DNA of 62,893 nt, counting the filler, from Vannella sp. (Eukaryota): assembly GCA_023345925.1 (NCBI GenBank). It is 5 parts of 5 records of this genome, joined end to end, with 100 filler letters (N's around TTAATTAATTAA, not from the genome) between each part and the next. Parts side by side here need not be neighbours in the genome. Positions count along the whole stretch, not along the records: positions 58,344 to 62,893 come from JAJQQN010000582.1; 4 more parts are not named here. One strand, written 5' to 3'. The notes beneath the pieces were generated by a model. It worked only from the letters and a program-made list of their open reading frames with translations. It ran no database searches and was not told where the DNA came from. Shown piece after piece: positions 59,664-62,893 of the stretch. Numbering within the stretch: the stretch's first letter is position 1; every line of letters begins with the position of its first letter. The position numbers and the translations under genes are program-made.

Positions 59664-60575
59664 ATGAACCTGGTGTATTTTCTTTCATTTAATTTTATCG
59701 CCTGATGAAGGACCAGGTGGATGTTGGGGATATTGACCCAAACCTGCCTGAAGAGGTGAACCAGACAGATCTTCAGAGCAGTATTACAACATTGGATGAG
59801 CCTGTATACATGACAATGGTGAGGAGATACCCTCCTTACCTGAAGATCCCTCTGACCTCTCAGGAAGTGGAGAGACATCAAAATGATTGGGGTCAAGCTG
59901 TACTATGTCGTGATTCCGCGGCGATCAGGCGGGAAGGTTCTACGAGATTGTACGTTTGCCTTTGCTACTCCTTCGATAAGTAACCAGATGCCCAGGGGAT
60001 CTCTGGGGGCCACTTCTGTTCTGTTTCTCGCTGGCTTTGTAGGTTTGCTGCTTCTACACACGGACACCTGTTGATCCTTGTTCAGGATTCTTAGTCAAAC
60101 CGCAGACAGTGACCAGAGTGCTCTTGTGTTCACGACTGTCTTTGTGGTGGTGTGTTTGGGATCAATTGTGGTGACAGTGAACTCTCTCTTGCTAGGAGGG
60201 ACAGTGTAAGCACACTAGAAAGACCTCCCCCTTCTCTGAGCCATCTCCCAGGTCCTTTTTCCAGAGTGTATGCATCTTTGGGTACTGTTTATGCCCGTTG
60301 GCGGTTGTCTCCTTTGTGACACTCTTCTGGGGCAATCTTCTGTTCCGTCTGGTGCTCTCAATCGTTGCTGTTGTATGGTCATCTCTTGGTAGGTGACATA
60401 TCCAAGCGACGCGAAGGAATCTCACCAAAACGCAGCTACGGTGGGGTTCCTCTCTTCCATGGTCCCCCAACAACGCAAGATACTTGCGGTGTATCCCATT
60501 GTGCTCTTCTATTTGGTTCTGGGCTGGATGGTGTTTATGCATCGACCTCTGTCCTTGTTTGCAACCAGACCCTAA
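59664..60575 (+). CDS. YIPF6: Yip1-domain Golgi protein (YIPF6-like), multi-exon
   Basis: TLDEPV..T, LRDWDLWGPL, LLGG..SFFQSVCIFGYCL.PL, RK.LAVYP..LFY. Confidence 0.88.
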
Positions 60576-60600
60576 ACTCATTCATATGGTTTGACCCCCT

Positions 60601-62731
60601 TTAACGCGCTGAAGAGGAGACCATTCGTGAAAAGTCCTCCAGGAGTTTGGTATCTTCTCTCAGGAGATTCGACACGGAGAAGAGCCGTTCCTCTTCTGTG
60701 TGATGGAGTGAATAGATATCTCGGAGGCTCATCCAAGCTATCAGAGAAGGGGATTGCAATGAGAGTGCCAGCAACCTTCGGGAAAGCCAAGGTTCCATGA
60801 TAGGGGTGACTTTGTGGTCTCCAGGTTCGCCAAGTATCTGAAAGTACCATTCTTTTCGCTCCTTCTCTGAAAGCTCCAATTCCCACCATTCTCTCAAAGA
60901 AGACGCGTTTGGCTTTGATGACTGGCAAGAAGAAAGCAAAGGGAAGTTATTAGCATTCGCTTGGGCATACCTTCGGCCACTACCAAAGTTGTGAGCCACT
61001 GACCGAGAAAGAAGAGAGATTATGATTGGGAATTTGACGTCCCAGCCCTTCGCTTGCCATTGCACTTGGTCTTCTTGAGACTCCATTTGGAGCATAACTA
61101 AGATACCTGCGTTCCATGATCAGATAAGCTCGAGAGGATAGAGTAACTGACTTGAGTTGTTTGAAACAGTTCTGAAGAAGAACTCTTCACAAGCTACAGG
61201 AATGAGGGATAAGAGGTGACTTGGGACATAGAATCCTTGGAATAAAGGGGAGAGAAGGTGGATGGCTTGGGTCCATTCTCTTTCCCCTTCTTTGGTCCAT
61301 CTTTTCTGTTTTGTCGGAGAAGGGTCTATTTCTTGATCAGCATCCTCTGAATGGTTCCCAATGGGAATCTCTTGCTCAAGGTCACTCTCAAAGATCGTCG
61401 GAGGGGAGAGGAAAGGAAGCTGGCAAATTAGGCTGACCCCAAAGCGGAGAGAATCCTGGCTAAGTCGCGCAAGTTGTTGGTAAAGCAGAAACTGAATCGC
61501 TTTCAACAAGGCCACCAATTCAACGGAGGTACCAAGTTCTGTCAACGAGTGATCCTGAGCAACTTCTACACAGTACGGATGGAGCCAAGCAGACTGAGAT
61601 TGGCACCAATCTCCGAAGGAGCGCGGGTTCTCGTCAATGGTGTGTCTTAAAAGAGACCCGGACTTCCAATAGGCTATTGAATCGGCAAGGGAAGACGGCT
61701 GGGGGTTGGTACAACCAGATTCCCTTTCTGATGGAAATGTGATTTCGTCTAATGCCAGGGCGTGGGAAGGGTGGTGGGCTTGGAATAACCCGTGTAAAGA
61801 AACGAAGAGCACATTCGCGCTCTCACACCACTTTAAAAGGCCGTCCAGTTCCTCCCAACGGGAGAAATCTCCAACATTAACATTGATTCCGGCAGATCGG
61901 CCCAACCTCCCTTCGCTCCCTATCTAGGTCCTGTAAGAGGCCTCCAACATACACCAGAATTGTTCTTACTCGCAGGAAGTTATCGCAGATGACCGTAGTG
62001 GATCCATTTGGTACCAAGGCCAAATTCACTCTTCGATTATCTCCGTTCTCCCAGACGATCTCGCTTGGTTCTCCATTCTTGGGTACTCTCTTTAGAATGT
62101 ACTTGTACTCCAGGACTTGCTTCTGCCTGTTCCCTTCGGCACATCCTTGAAAGCGTTGAAAATAGCCTTCTTTGTCTGGAGTGTGGCGGAGGGGTGTTGC
62201 TCGGGCACTATCCCATTCACCAAGGAAATCAGAACCCACAACGCAAAGACTCTCCGAAGGCTTCATGTATCCAGACTGCACCGAGAAAAAGAAACTTCCC
62301 TTCTTGCTGGGAAGGGGCAGATCAGAAAGAGCCATCTGACAAGCTATTCTATGGAAGCATCGTGTACCTAGTACTCTTTGAAGAGCTGGCAATGGTAAGC
62401 CAGCTTCAGGGGGGCCGACCCACTGATCAAGGAGTGTCAGACCCTTCTCCGTTATGGGGACACCCAATGGAAGGGATCGAAGCCCAGTTTCGAAGCATAC
62501 AACGGCACACTCCAGATCCAAGAGAAGATTGGATGCATCGAGGATCGCATACCGATAGCGAAAAGTCTCCAAAGAATCGGCAGTAGGAAGAGGAAGGGAG
62601 GACACCCAGATTCCCCCTCCAGCATAGTCAAGAGGTATGAGCCTGCAGGCTCCAAAAGGGAGTCGAAAACTCACTTCCACAGCCACAGTTCGGAGGAAAG
62701 CTGTCTCACACGAAACTTGCAGAAGAAGCAT
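60601..62731 (-). CDS. DPE2/4-alpha-glucanotransferase-like protein with CBM20 starch-binding domains, apparently degenerate
   Basis: LCVVGS..LG.W....A..L, EYKY..., WENGDNR (CBM20); VGDF....L..WC, QF....QL, CQLPF, W...R, ER.EWY..ILG are GH77-like remnants. Confidence 0.7.
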
Positions 62732-62745
62732 GAAGGAAAAAATGA

Positions 62746-62817
62746 TAGCAGAGGTAGGTTTCGATCCTACGACCTCTGGGTTATGAGCCCAGCACGCTCC
62801 CACTGCGCCACTCTGCT
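62746..62817 (-). tRNA. Initiator tRNA-Met (CAT)
   Basis: AGCAGAGTGGCGCAGTGGGAGCGTGCTGGGCTCATAACCCAGAGGTCGTAGGATCGAAACCTACCTCTGCTA: A1-U72 pair, CAT anticodon, GGG/CCC anticodon stem, AUCG T-loop; followed by a T6 Pol III terminator. Confidence 0.97.
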
Positions 62818-62893
62818 TGCCGGAATATTCTATTGATAATATCGGCGTTATTCTCCTAATTGATACATGGTTCCGTGTGAATAAAAAAGGGAG

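Noticed and set aside
62732..62803. N-terminal extension MGACWAHNPEVVGSKPTSA of ORF 61877-62803
   Set aside because: It is a translation of the tRNA-iMet gene

Overview
Eukaryotic, gene-dense protist DNA with short ~40-60 nt GT-AG introns. It is probably amoebozoan, judging from the Roco kinase, the SepA/Cdc15-like kinase and the GPS-domain surface proteins, but that taxonomy is inference. The window is five separate contigs joined by artificial N-TTAATTAATTAA-N spacers (10133-10232, 23583-23682, 45725-45824, 58244-58343), so adjacency across spacers is meaningless. Most genes are housekeeping: PDE, mito uL3, TRM1, ERCC6L2, 6PGD, CHID1, Roco, IRC3, ZIP, ARPC2, YIPF6 and tRNA-iMet. The unusual parts are: (1) a ~5.5 kb rearranged island (13888-19400) in which an intronless Crinkler-type PD-(D/E)xK nuclease + kinase ORF lies between two direct copies of a GNAT gene, next to RCC1 and Rac pseudogenes; (2) a short dispersed element with core CCTGATGACCTCCRTCTCT, found three times in upstream intergenic DNA, one copy directly upstream of the nuclease-kinase ORF; (3) a cellular RdRP, an ankyrin gene, a hairpin-rich spacer and a GHKL-ATPase/HExxH peptidase gene side by side; (4) two giant GPS/GAIN single-TM surface proteins with bacterial-like ectodomains; (5) an intronless bacterial-type monomeric IDH ending in a PTS1-like SRI; (6) an initiator tRNA 14 bp upstream of a degenerate DPE2-like gene. 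All family assignments come from motif recognition by eye, with no database searches.
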